Assembly: GCA_003551905.1 (NCBI GenBank)
Contig: PUNT01000277.1
Coordinates: 1-62,942 of the forward strand
Direction: 5' to 3'
Length of the DNA: 62,942 bases
Source: Halanaerobiales bacterium
Lineage (GTDB): Bacteria > Bacillota > Halanaerobiia > B1SED10-174
Positions 17,513 through 27,466 of the stretch are shown here, in pieces. The first letter of the stretch is position 1. Each line of letters opens with the position of its first letter. Below the pieces are notes generated by a model. The model did no database searches. It saw nothing but the letters and a program-made list of their open reading frames with translations, and was not told where the DNA came from. The translations under genes were made by a program, and so were the position numbers.

Positions 17513-18706
17513 GTGAGTATAGGTCTTTTACACCTGAGTTCACCTTTAGGGGACATGGAGAATATAAGCTCCAGTACTGCCAGCTTTTTGCAGGGAATAG
17601 AAAGGAAGCTGGGAGAAAAACTCAAGGAAATCAGCCTTGGAAATTACCAATCTGTGGACCTACCCATCATACTTGTCAAGACCGGGGGGGTTGAAGGAAA
17701 GTTCAAAAAATTATACGAGCAATTACCTGAACCATATATAATCCTAGCTGGGAACACGCACAATGCCCTGGCTGCCTCCCTGGAAATACTGGCTTTTTTG
17801 CGACAGAGGGGTAAAAAAGCAGAAATTATTCATGGGGACATAGAGTATATTAACATCAGACTGAAGGTTCTGGCCAGAGTATTCCAGGTCAGAAAGAAGT
17901 TAACTGGAATCAGGTTGGGAGTCTTAGGTGAACCTTCGGACTGGTTAATTGCAAGTTCCATGGCGTATGAACTGGTGCGAGAGGTTTATGGTATTGAAGT
18001 TTTAGACATATCAATGGAAGAGCTATTCCAGGCAATAGAAGAGGAGCAAAGCCCACCGGTAGCATTCTTTAAGAGATTTTCCCGTAGGAGCATGGAGACA
18101 GAAACCTTAAAAGAAGCTCTCAGAATATACTGTGGCTTGCGCCGGGTATCTAGGGATTATGATCTGCAGGGATTAACTGTTCGCTGTTTTGACCTGCTTG
18201 GTAAGTACAGGAATACTGGCTGCCTGGGGATTGCCCTGCTGCCTGGGGAAGGGATTATTGCAGGTTGCGAAGGAGATCTATCAGCTCTGATCTCCATGGT
18301 TTTGCTGAATTATCTCACCGATAAACCCGCTTTCATGGCCAACCCTTCCAGCATTGATCTGGATAAAAATCAAGCTATTTTAGCCCACTGCACATTGCCT
18401 CTGGAACTGGCAGATAATTATTATCTGGATACTCACTTTGAATCCGGTGAGGGTGTCGGTGTTCGGGGTATAATACCAACAGGGGAGGGGACTGTTTTCC
18501 GTATGGGGGCTGACTGTAAAGGGTATTTTTTATCCCCTGTCAGTATACTGGAGAATACTGAAGAGAGCAATACCTGCCGGACCCAGGTCAGGGTTGAATT
18601 CCTGGAGGATGTAAAGTACTTCTTAAAGGAACCAGTGGGGAATCATCACATATTATGCCCTGGCAACCACAAGGCTCTGGTTGAAGAATTTTTTTACTGG
18701 TTTTAA
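17513..18706 (+). CDS. L-fucose/L-arabinose isomerase-like family protein
   Basis: About 397 aa. GCEGDLSALISMVLLNYLTDKPAFMANP resembles the sugar-isomerase C-terminal domain. The GTG at 17513 lies 7 nt after AAGGAGG. The ORF track starts at a TTG at 17507. Confidence 0.55.
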   Translation: MSIGLLHLSSPLGDMENISSSTASFLQGIERKLGEKLKEISLGNYQSVDLPIILVKTGGVEGKFKKLYEQLPEPYIILAGNTHNALAASLEILAFLRQRGKKAEIIHGDIEYINIRLKVLARVFQVRKKLTGIRLGVLGEPSDWLIASSMAYELVREVYGIEVLDISMEELFQAIEEEQSPPVAFFKRFSRRSMETETLKEALRIYCGLRRVSRDYDLQGLTVRCFDLLGKYRNTGCLGIALLPGEGIIAGCEGDLSALISMVLLNYLTDKPAFMANPSSIDLDKNQAILAHCTLPLELADNYYLDTHFESGEGVGVRGIIPTGEGTVFRMGADCKGYFLSPVSILENTEESNTCRTQVRVEFLEDVKYFLKEPVGNHHILCPGNHKALVEEFFYWF

Positions 18707-20106
18707 GTTCTTCTACGTTGGAAGATCTCTTTTTTCAAAGTTTGCCAGTCCTCCTGCAGGTGTTTCAATGCAGGAGGTTTTGTTTTTTCCTGTCCGTAGA
18801 ATTCTTGCAGGAAAGCATTGAGAATTCCATCTGTTTGCCGGCGAAATTTGGGAAGGTGTTCATGGATGTGGGGCTGGAAGTTTTGTGGGGTAATATGGGG
18901 TGGTTTTTTTGTTCCCTTTAAAGCCAGAGAAATGAGAAGAGCGTTGTAGATTTCCACCGCTGTTTTGGGGTTATTTAAAAAACGTCTAAGTCTCAAGCCT
19001 GTAAGTCTTCTATCCAGTGTTCCTCGCAGCCCATCCAGCCAGTCACTTCCCCAGTTCTTTAGTGCAGATATGGAAGCATAAGATTCCCGGGTTTCCTCAG
19101 TTATCTCAACTTTTTCATCACGGCTGGCTATGATGATCAGGTACATGATTGTGGCCAGGAATATGATGACACCAGCAATGGTTCCAATAAACATTAAGAA
19201 TTCAAAAATTAAAGGGATTGCTTCCAGAGCTGGCGTTATTTCCGGCACTTCTTCTGGCAGGTGAAGATCCAGATCCTGAAAGGTAACTTCTTCGTGTTCA
19301 AAGAATCGGGAAAAAATCCTGTAAAAAAGGTACATTGCATAACCCAGTATGAATCCAAAAAGCTGTAGCAGGAGCCGAATCAAATTCAGGAGGAAGAAGA
19401 AAGGAACTTGCAGTATTCTGGTCAGGCCAGGAATAAAAAATGCTGTTACAGCTGCTAGCAGAACCAGTAGAGGTGCCCCTATAAAGAACAGAGGCGACCA
19501 GATACTCATGGAGTTGCCTTCTCCCTGTTCAAACCCTCCTGAGTATTCTTTAATCCGTAGAAGGGATGTTGCAGCAATAGCTGCTGCAAACCACAGGATC
19601 ATGAGGGTGGTTAATTGGGGTAGTACTTCGTCCCATATCCCTGTCACATGGGCAGTGATTAGATAAATTGCTGCCCCCATTGTTCCCCATATGAGATGAC
19701 GCTGCATGCTATAATTGCTGGAAGGCTGGCTTCCCAGGCGTACGCCCAGAACCCAGAAGACAAGTCCCAGCAACATACGGTATGGCCATGGGAAAGGCAG
19801 GTAGATGCCAGATAGGCCGGGCAAAAACGTTGCAGCCAGGGGTAGCAGCAGGCTTACCAGGGAAAACAGAACAGTAACCGCATATCTTTTTATCAGAACA
19901 AGTTTATCCAGTAATTTACTGATCCAGGAGGCAATAAGGGAAGCTAAAAGGGCCAGGGCTATCAGGCAGGCGAGAAATGCCAGGACACCTTCTTCCTCAA
20001 CCAGGCTGCTAACCAGAAAAACCCAGGGAGCGAAGATTAGGATAATGCTTAGCCGAGCCAGGACGTCAGTTGCCCAGCTCAGCCAGGGTAATTTGGGGAA
20101 CTTCAT
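18703..20106 (-). CDS. Polytopic membrane protein with a DUF4129-like C-terminal domain (third gene of the MoxR operon)
   Basis: Many TM helices, with a soluble C-terminus. The ATG at 20106 is preceded by AGGAGGGGGG. The ORF track extends to 20199 inside the upstream gene. Confidence 0.55.
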   Translation of the reverse strand: MKFPKLPWLSWATDVLARLSIILIFAPWVFLVSSLVEEEGVLAFLACLIALALLASLIASWISKLLDKLVLIKRYAVTVLFSLVSLLLPLAATFLPGLSGIYLPFPWPYRMLLGLVFWVLGVRLGSQPSSNYSMQRHLIWGTMGAAIYLITAHVTGIWDEVLPQLTTLMILWFAAAIAATSLLRIKEYSGGFEQGEGNSMSIWSPLFFIGAPLLVLLAAVTAFFIPGLTRILQVPFFFLLNLIRLLLQLFGFILGYAMYLFYRIFSRFFEHEEVTFQDLDLHLPEEVPEITPALEAIPLIFEFLMFIGTIAGVIIFLATIMYLIIIASRDEKVEITEETRESYASISALKNWGSDWLDGLRGTLDRRLTGLRLRRFLNNPKTAVEIYNALLISLALKGTKKPPHITPQNFQPHIHEHLPKFRRQTDGILNAFLQEFYGQEKTKPPALKHLQEDWQTLKKEIFQRRRT

Positions 20107-21289
20107 CCCAGCCACCCCCCTCCTGCATGGCATATAAAGGGATAGAAGGGTCAATTTTTTGAGGAAGTTCCTGGCCAGTGTAGATGATGGAAACTGCAAA
20201 CCCCTGTTTTTTCTCTCGCCGGAGCTGTGAGAGAATCTTTTCAGTTATAATTGAGGTGATGAGTACAAGCTTTTTCGTAAAATACTCCTGCCGTCTGGCT
20301 TTTGCAATTATTTCCTCGCACCTGACCGTTGAAAAAGGCACCAGCCGGGCCATAGTTTCCAAACATCTTCGCAAATGGGCTGAGCCGGAGCCCATCTTCA
20401 CCGCTGCAGGATTTCTCATTCCCCTGATATATCCGGCAAAGAAGACAGCATATCGATATTTGCTTTCATTGCAGTGATGTATTATGGAGGCAGCAGTGAC
20501 AAGGTTTTTCTCCAGGAGGCTTCGGTCCAGGCTCCAGGAATGTTTTCCCGTGGAGATGTTGACAATAATTTTCAGGTCACTGACAAAAGAAGCCTCCAGG
20601 ACCCTGGTATGGAGTTTCCCGGTCCTTGCTGTTGCTTTCCATTCGATACGGGAGAAGGGATCGGAAGGGACATATTCCCTGATACCCCGGAAACGGGAAG
20701 GATCTTCAAAGATCCAGCTGAAGGTTCCCTGCTTGCCAAAAGGGGTAACTGCCAGGGGAAGCTTACCCTGAAGTTCCACGAGACGGGGATATACCAGGAG
20801 CCTTTCCTGAACATGGATAGTTTTTTTGCCTTCTGCGAACCCGAAGGGGTCAGCAATTCTGATGATCACAGGCCCGAAGAAGTATTCACCCCGGCCAGTG
20901 CAGATAATGTCAAAACGCTGGGAAATTCTTTCAAACCAGCCTACAGTTATTACCTGCTCATACAGGACATGCTTACCAATATCTTTTATCCCCCGGCCGG
21001 CATATTCAAGTTCTTTTGGACATTTAATTGATACTTTTAACCAGGGTAGAGGAAAAGGTTGATCATTTTCAATTTCCAGGTGCATGGTTACCCGGTCCCA
21101 GGGCTTTGCCCGGTGGGTTTGCAGGTAGATACGGCAGGAAACCCTGTTAAGGAGATGATGAGCCCAGAAAAGAGACACTACACCCAGGAGTACCAAAATA
21201 ATCCCGGGGATGAAAATAATTGGCTGTCCAAAGGGGAGGCCCACCAGGACAAGAAAAATACCCAGAAAGGTAATGCTTTTCGGTCTCAC
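20066..21289 (-). CDS. DUF58 domain-containing protein
   Basis: 407 aa. Two N-terminal TM helices and then a DUF58-like region (FRGIREYVPSDPFSRIEWKATARTGKLHTRV). 4-nt overlap with moxR. Confidence 0.85.
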   Translation of the reverse strand: MRPKSITFLGIFLVLVGLPFGQPIIFIPGIILVLLGVVSLFWAHHLLNRVSCRIYLQTHRAKPWDRVTMHLEIENDQPFPLPWLKVSIKCPKELEYAGRGIKDIGKHVLYEQVITVGWFERISQRFDIICTGRGEYFFGPVIIRIADPFGFAEGKKTIHVQERLLVYPRLVELQGKLPLAVTPFGKQGTFSWIFEDPSRFRGIREYVPSDPFSRIEWKATARTGKLHTRVLEASFVSDLKIIVNISTGKHSWSLDRSLLEKNLVTAASIIHHCNESKYRYAVFFAGYIRGMRNPAAVKMGSGSAHLRRCLETMARLVPFSTVRCEEIIAKARRQEYFTKKLVLITSIITEKILSQLRREKKQGFAVSIIYTGQELPQKIDPSIPLYAMQEGGGWDEVPQITLAELGN

Positions 21290-22290
21290 TGCTTATTTAC
21301 CTCCTGGAAGGGGCCCACCGGTACCGGCGTATCTTCCAGTACTTCTTCAATTAGTGAAGGCGCTGTTATCTCAAATAGAGATGATGCAGTATCTCGAACC
21401 AGGCGGTGAGCAAGCACGGGTAATGCGGCATCCTGAACATCATCTGGCAAAACAAAATCCCTGTTCCTGATGAGAGCCAGGGCCCGGGCTGCTCTAGCCA
21501 GATACAGGGTGCCTCGGGGACTTACCCCAAGCTGAACTCCTTCCAGGGACCTGGTGCTCCGGGTAATTGACAGTATATAATCCAGGACAGGGGTTGAGAG
21601 ATATACTTTCTCAAAAGCATGGTAAAGATTCTTTATAGTTTCTTTGCCAGCTGTCAGGGAACTTGAATCTCTTTCCACAGTGTTTTCACTTAAGAAACGC
21701 CTGATGATGGTCTTTTCTCCTTCTTCTCCTGGATAACCTAAATTCAGGCACATGAAAAATCTGTCCAGCTGTGCTTCGGGAAGGGGAAAGGTTCCTTCCA
21801 TTTCAACAGGATTCTGTGTAGCCAGGACCATGAAGGGCGAAGAGAGCTCATAAGTGGTTCCGTCAATTGTCACAGTATTCTCCTGCATGCATTCCAGAAG
21901 ACTGGCCTGAGTTCTGGGAGTAGCCCGGTTAATTTCGTCAGCCAGGAGAATGTTGGTGAATACCGGCCCAGACATGAATTGAAACTCATTTGTTTTCTGG
22001 TTGAAAACCCTGGTGCCGGTAACATCAGAGGGGAGAAGATCAGGAGTAAATTGAATCCTTTTGAAGTCCAGGTCCAGGAGATGGGCAAACACCCTGGCCA
22101 GCAAGGTTTTTCCCACACCGGGCACATCTTCCAAAAAAATATGCCCCCGACAGATCAGGGCTGCCAGCATGAGTTCTAGAATTCTATCATCCTCAATAAC
22201 AACTACTTCCTTGATGGCAGAACACATTGCTTCTTTAAAAGAAGCGGGGGTGAAGCTATCAGGTTGCAAAAGCTGTACACTCCTTTCCAT
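21286..22290 (-). CDS. MoxR-family AAA+ ATPase
   Basis: 334 aa. Walker A LEDVPGVGKT, Walker B LLADEINRA and the MoxR-like C-terminus GVSPRGTLYLARAARALA. Confidence 0.9.
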   Translation of the reverse strand: MERSVQLLQPDSFTPASFKEAMCSAIKEVVVIEDDRILELMLAALICRGHIFLEDVPGVGKTLLARVFAHLLDLDFKRIQFTPDLLPSDVTGTRVFNQKTNEFQFMSGPVFTNILLADEINRATPRTQASLLECMQENTVTIDGTTYELSSPFMVLATQNPVEMEGTFPLPEAQLDRFFMCLNLGYPGEEGEKTIIRRFLSENTVERDSSSLTAGKETIKNLYHAFEKVYLSTPVLDYILSITRSTRSLEGVQLGVSPRGTLYLARAARALALIRNRDFVLPDDVQDAALPVLAHRLVRDTASSLFEITAPSLIEEVLEDTPVPVGPFQEVNKQ

Positions 22291-22353
22291 TATTTACTAA
22301 AGAATATTATAACTTATTGAGACAGGAAATTCAAAGCTAAAGAAGGGTTTTCC

Positions 22354-22383
22354 TTGACGGTATTCTCCCCCATGTTATATAAT
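22354..22383 (+). promoter_or_regulatory. Putative sigma-A-type promoter for the GNAT gene
   Basis: TTGACG (22354..22359), an 18-nt spacer, then TATAAT (22378..22383). Confidence 0.45.
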
Positions 22384-22402
22384 TTTTCTTGCAGCAAGAT
22401 CA

Positions 22403-23254
22403 ATGCAGGAGGAGGGATCCAGCATGCAAGACCTGATTATAAAGCCTTATAGTGAGGAGGAGGCAGCTGCCCTGGCCCAGCATATCAATGAAAGCAGTCA
22501 TGGATGGCCTGGCAGTGGTTTAACCCATGGTATTGAGATGGATGAAGAGAGAGCCCGGGAATGGTTTGAATCTGTTAATTTTATAGGCTTATACATGGGC
22601 TGGGCCGGTGAACGTTTGCTGGGTTTTTCTTCCCTGACAGGTTCGGATAAGGATAGCAAAGTAGCCTATATACCTCTTCTCAACGTTCATCCTGATTATC
22701 AGGGCAAAGGTGTGGGACGAAAATTATTATGTAAATGTGTTGAAGAAGCTATTGAAAAAAAGTTTCGGCGCCTTGATCTCCATACCTGGGCGGCCAATCT
22801 GAAAGCTGTTCCCCTGTACAAGAAGACTGGTTTTTTCTGGAAGAAGGATACTTCGGTACATATGGTCAATTATTTGCCGCTGATTATGCAGAATTCTCTG
22901 GCCAGAGATTTTTTTGCTGAACATGACTGGTTTAAGTGTTTTGTCAGGGAATTGAAAATTGCCGAAGATGACGAAAAATGGCAGGGTATGCAGGTATATT
23001 CATACCGCTGGGAGGCAGGTGATGATTTTCTGGAGGTTAAAATAGATACAGAAGGAGAGGGTATAACCTCCATTTCCACTCCCCAGCTTTCCATTGATTG
23101 CGCAGTAAAAAATCAAAGATGCCCGGCAGGAGCCCCGAACTCTTTTGTTCTAAAAGTGTCAGCAGATGAAGATGGAGAAATGCTGATGAAAGCACAAGGA
23201 GAGGATGGTTTGGATCTGGTTGTAGAGGAAGGTTTGCACCTTTCTCATAGCTGA
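22403..23254 (+). CDS. GNAT family N-acetyltransferase with a C-terminal beta-rich extension
   Basis: The acetyl-CoA motif LLNVHPDYQGKGVGRKLL is present. The likely start is the ATG at 22424 (GGAGGAGGG 7 nt upstream). It ends at a TGA that is in frame with the next ORF. Confidence 0.8.
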   Translation: MQEEGSSMQDLIIKPYSEEEAAALAQHINESSHGWPGSGLTHGIEMDEERAREWFESVNFIGLYMGWAGERLLGFSSLTGSDKDSKVAYIPLLNVHPDYQGKGVGRKLLCKCVEEAIEKKFRRLDLHTWAANLKAVPLYKKTGFFWKKDTSVHMVNYLPLIMQNSLARDFFAEHDWFKCFVRELKIAEDDEKWQGMQVYSYRWEAGDDFLEVKIDTEGEGITSISTPQLSIDCAVKNQRCPAGAPNSFVLKVSADEDGEMLMKAQGEDGLDLVVEEGLHLSHS

Positions 23255-23287
23255 GAAAAAGAGATAGATTTTGCAGTAGAAGAAAAT

Positions 23288-25534
23288 ATGTCTCTAAAAG
23301 AGAAAGATGAACCAGCCCACAAAATTACCACCCAGATTTTCTGGCAGGGCAAACTTCTCAGTCTGGAAACTGGTGTAAGGGTTACAGAAGTTATTGCTGC
23401 CAGCTGGGGAGATATGATCCCGGATGTGCAGGTAGGGAAAGAGGGAATAGTTCATCTGAACATAGAAAACGCCATGGATAAAGAAATAAAGGCCAGCGTT
23501 CACATCCTTGATGCAGGAGGATTGCTGGCAGTACCTCTGGAAAAAGACGTTAATCTGCCAGCTCGGGGTAAGGGTGGTCTGGATATCAAACTGGAGGGCA
23601 GGAAAAGAGGATTCTATGAACTTAAATTAATGGTCTCATATAATTTTCGCGGTGAAAAACTGCAGGCCCGACCCCAGATCTTGCCTGTTTGTGTCAGGGG
23701 GCCAGGGGAAGTGATGCAAGGGGCAACCCAGGAGGAAGCTTTTCTAATCAATGACCAATTACTCCTCAAAGTGGCCTTAAAAGGAGGAGAAGGAAAGGTT
23801 TTTGAGAAGAATGGAAGAAAGAAAGAGATCCTGGAGATGGAAACGGATCTCATAGGACCTAAATACTACCCGCCGGTAATCTCTGAATTACATCTGAAGC
23901 CGGAGTTTGCCGGTTCTACACTGCTTCTGCATGGAGAACTGCCGGGGAGAGAGCGCTTGTATTTTTGCCGGGAAATTACCCTGGATGGCAACATCATATA
24001 TAATAGCTATACTGTAGCCAATGGTGGTACTACAGAAGAAAAACTGCTTATCCGCCTGGCTGGGACTGTTTCTCCTGAATATATTGACCGGGTGGCCATT
24101 CCCCTGGATGGACGGGTTATTATTGAGGATTTTGATCTGGATACATTCCCCGGTCTGGGTAATTTGCCCCGGGATGAAGAACGTTATACTGAAGATTGGT
24201 ATGCTCTAATGGGGGAAGATCTGGTCCTGGGCTCAGTAATACCTCCTGGTGAGGGCAAATATCAGGTAGGTGAATCGCAACTTTTGACCCGTTCCATACC
24301 ATTAGTGGTGCCTTCATGTACCGAGAAAAAGGTAACGGGGGTAACCTTTTATGCTGGACCGGGGGACTGGAGAACTGTGGCCCGTCTGGCAGCAACTCTG
24401 GGCAGGGTTAAAGGAGAGGAGTTGTGTGAATCAGGTGTCCTTCAGCCGGAATGGCAGGATGATATTCCAGTACTGCCTTATGGGAAGGGAACAGGACACC
24501 TTACCGTGTACTATCCCTGTGCCAAGTCCTTGTCAGGTAGAATAACTGTTGAATACCCCCCTGCTTTCAAGAAGGAGAAGGAAGATTTTAAAACTGTTTT
24601 CCAGGATAAAAAACCGTGGAAAAACCAGCTGGATTTTATAGGACCTGTTGCTGACAAAGGCATATATCCACTGCAAGTAAAGATTGAAGCCGGCAGCAAT
24701 ATCCGGAATCAAGAGCTTCCAGTGATCATTAGCGGGGGGAAAGGAGAAGTAAAAGTTGAGAAGGATGGTTCCCTCTGGAGGCTGGAAAATGGACTTCTTG
24801 AGCTCATGGTGGATGAGGATTTTGCCGGTTCAGGAGTTAGTCTCAAAATTGGGGATCTGGAAGTCCTGGAAAGCCCCTATCCTCAACCCGGCACCTATTA
24901 CTGGATAAATCCCTGGTATGGTGGCATAAATCCAATCCTTATCCCCTTGCCAAGTCGCACCTATCCAGGTTATCTATGGCAGGAAAAATTTGTGGGACAG
25001 GAAGTTTCAAGAACAGGCAGGTCAGGAAAACGCTGGCAGGGCTTGTTGCTGGATGTAGAGCCTCAAAGGCAGGAATTGTCAGGTCTAAAGCTCTCTCTGA
25101 GCTACCTGCTTATAGAGGATAGCCCTTTTTTAGCACTGGTTTATGGGATAAAAAATCATACAGATTACCGGCAAAAACTAAAAATTCAGTGGGGTATTTT
25201 CCTGGAACCGGGTATCTTTACTTCTTATAAAACAATTAAAGGAGATAAAATGATTGAGAGACTGCTGGAGCAGGAGGGAAGCTTTCTCATGGGCAAGGAG
25301 CTTTTCCACCTGCAGGGCAAGACGGATTTTCTGATTGTGACAGGGAAGGAAAATATCCTTTCTCTCGAGGAGAATCCCAATCCCTTCCGGCAGTTCCTGC
25401 AGGCTGGCCCTTTCACCGGGCTAGAGCTTGCTCCTGGAGAAGAAAAAGAGCTGGTTACCTACTTGATTTTACCCCAGCAGGTTAACAGTACCTCCATCTA
25501 TGGATGTTTGAATAATAAAAAGGGATTGTTCTAA
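23288..25534 (+). CDS. Large hypothetical protein (748 aa), no recognised domain
   Basis: A long ORF with normal composition. No clear SD before the ATG at 23288. It is in the same frame as the GNAT ORF, separated only by a TGA plus 11 sense codons. Confidence 0.65.
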   Translation: MSLKEKDEPAHKITTQIFWQGKLLSLETGVRVTEVIAASWGDMIPDVQVGKEGIVHLNIENAMDKEIKASVHILDAGGLLAVPLEKDVNLPARGKGGLDIKLEGRKRGFYELKLMVSYNFRGEKLQARPQILPVCVRGPGEVMQGATQEEAFLINDQLLLKVALKGGEGKVFEKNGRKKEILEMETDLIGPKYYPPVISELHLKPEFAGSTLLLHGELPGRERLYFCREITLDGNIIYNSYTVANGGTTEEKLLIRLAGTVSPEYIDRVAIPLDGRVIIEDFDLDTFPGLGNLPRDEERYTEDWYALMGEDLVLGSVIPPGEGKYQVGESQLLTRSIPLVVPSCTEKKVTGVTFYAGPGDWRTVARLAATLGRVKGEELCESGVLQPEWQDDIPVLPYGKGTGHLTVYYPCAKSLSGRITVEYPPAFKKEKEDFKTVFQDKKPWKNQLDFIGPVADKGIYPLQVKIEAGSNIRNQELPVIISGGKGEVKVEKDGSLWRLENGLLELMVDEDFAGSGVSLKIGDLEVLESPYPQPGTYYWINPWYGGINPILIPLPSRTYPGYLWQEKFVGQEVSRTGRSGKRWQGLLLDVEPQRQELSGLKLSLSYLLIEDSPFLALVYGIKNHTDYRQKLKIQWGIFLEPGIFTSYKTIKGDKMIERLLEQEGSFLMGKELFHLQGKTDFLIVTGKENILSLEENPNPFRQFLQAGPFTGLELAPGEEKELVTYLILPQQVNSTSIYGCLNNKKGLF

Positions 25535-25558
25535 AACTGGATAAAGAGGGGAAATAAA

Positions 25559-25834
25559 GTGACCGGGATATGTACCATGCGATTGCGCCTTTTGCAGGTG
25601 CAGTCTCTAAAAGAGAAGCGGAAAGTAATGCGTAGAATACTGGACCGGATCAGGCATCGCTTCAATGTTTCCGCTGCAGAAGTGGATTCTCTGGATAAAT
25701 GGCAGGAGGCATTGATTGTAGTTGCCCACGTGTCCAACGAAAAAAAGCACGTGGATGGCGTGCTGGAAAAGGTTACCCGCCTGGTGGAGGCAGAGTGTGA
25801 AATAGTGGAAAGGAGAGTGGAGATCCATTATTAG
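25559..25834 (+). CDS. DUF503 domain-containing protein (YlxP-like)
   Basis: 91 aa. LRLLQVQSLKEKRKVMRRILDRIRHRFNVSAAEVD is the DUF503 pattern. Confidence 0.8.
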   Translation: MTGICTMRLRLLQVQSLKEKRKVMRRILDRIRHRFNVSAAEVDSLDKWQEALIVVAHVSNEKKHVDGVLEKVTRLVEAECEIVERRVEIHY

Positions 25835-26061
25835 CCGGCGTCGGATCTAACAGGAAAAATATGCAAAAAGGGGCAAAAGTACTGAGAAGTCAAAGAAAAG
25901 GATTTTGAAGTATTATCCGTTAGAATAGAGATGGGTAGTTTTTGCCCAAATCTCAATTAGAGGGGAGTAAAAAAAAGCAGGTCAAGGATACCAGAAAAAC
26001 CACATTTTCGCACCTGTTTTTTGGGGGTTGACATTCAGAAATATTATTAATGCAACGTTAA

Positions 26062-26649
26062 TCAATGAAAAGGTAGTGTGTTATGGAAAATGTGGACGGC
26101 AATGGCAGCATAAAGACCGGCTTTCCAGTAGACCAGGGATAAGAAAACTCCTGCAAGAAAGAGCTCCAGATTCTCTAGTAAGCCCGGACGGAAATGAACA
26201 AAGGCGAAAATGAAAGAAGATATCCCCATGGCCAGGAAAATAGCCTTTTCTCCATCCATTTTTTTATGCAGGATTGCCGCCAGGTTGTGGAATAGAAAAC
26301 CCCTGAACAGTATTTCCTCCCGAATTGGCCCCAGGGCGGTTATAGAAAAAAAGGAAGGGTCCCAGATATGGTGGGGATTACTAAAAAAAAAGTACAGGTA
26401 AACGCCAGTGATAAAATGCAAAGGATCATCTTTCCCCAGAATGATAGAGGGGTTTTTACCGTAAAGGTTCACCAGGAGAAGAAGAATTATTATGAGAAGC
26501 TGTACTATTAGCCAGAAACCCGGGGGAAAAGGGGCATGCCCTGCGGCCTGAGTGATAAAGAGCAGGAGAAAGAGTCCTCCTGCTGTGGGCCAGGCTTCTC
26601 CCCTGCAGGAAAGGGTAAATAAAGACCTTTTTTTATTGAGCTGTAGCAT
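26062..26649 (-). CDS. CPBP family intramembrane metalloprotease (CAAX protease/Abi family)
   Basis: 195 aa polytopic protein. Motifs EEILFRGFLF and FAFVHF. Confidence 0.85.
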   Translation of the reverse strand: MLQLNKKRSLFTLSCRGEAWPTAGGLFLLLFITQAAGHAPFPPGFWLIVQLLIIILLLLVNLYGKNPSIILGKDDPLHFITGVYLYFFFSNPHHIWDPSFFSITALGPIREEILFRGFLFHNLAAILHKKMDGEKAIFLAMGISSFIFAFVHFRPGLLENLELFLAGVFLSLVYWKAGLYAAIAVHIFHNTLPFH

Positions 26650-26736
26650 GTATACCTCCTGTAGAAATGAGGGGTGGAATTAACAGGAAGCCCTTACCCA
26701 GCCCCGGGAAGAGGGCCTCCTGTTAATTCTCCAGGA

Positions 26737-27141
26737 TTACAGTTGTTCAACCGGCTGATTCTGTGTGAACCAGACCTGGTCTATTATATAATCAGTTGTG
26801 GTGTTTGCCATGTTCCCAGGTCCGTACAGGGACAAGAGTATGTTAAATGCTGCTTGCTGTGCAGCCTGCCTTTCATGGTAGGCTTCAATCCAGCTCTCAA
26901 ATGCTCCCCAGAATGCCTCTGCCGTTTTCTGCAGGGGCTCATCCAGGGGTGATGCTCCCACCAGGTAAGTAATAGCTATTCCAATAAGGATCACCTTCAA
27001 ACCTCCTTCTGGAGCATACCGGGAATAGCAGTTCCTGGTAATATATGTTTGGGAGTGGGTGACGGGAACAGCTCCAGCAGTGGAGGAAAGAAGAAGGATC
27101 AGGATGAGGGGGAGAGCTATAACTTTTTTCACCCTCCCCAA
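26737..27141 (-). CDS. Secreted hypothetical protein
   Basis: 134 aa. N-terminal signal peptide KKVIALPLILILLLSSTAGA. No recognised domain. Confidence 0.55.
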   Translation of the reverse strand: MGRVKKVIALPLILILLLSSTAGAVPVTHSQTYITRNCYSRYAPEGGLKVILIGIAITYLVGASPLDEPLQKTAEAFWGAFESWIEAYHERQAAQQAAFNILLSLYGPGNMANTTTDYIIDQVWFTQNQPVEQL

Positions 27142-27466
27142 TAATTTATGGAAAAATTATACACCAGGTAGAGATGGAGGTCAAGTACCATCTGCAGGAA
27201 CCTGGTATTATGCAGGAGACTGGCTGGATATCTATCCCTCCCAGTCTCCTTCTTAAAAGTAGTAGTTACTGATAGTTAGGGTATGAGGCAAAATATGGTC
27301 ATAAGTATCATTTTTTATGGTATCAGTGTTCAGGATTTGGTAATTTCCCAAAGGGAAATACCACTTCCTTGCAGAAAAAAAAGGAGGCAGATCCTTGTGC
27401 TGATACTCTTTAAATATTGACCCTACTGTGATATCATATATTATTATAGCAAGGGGAGATATTTAA

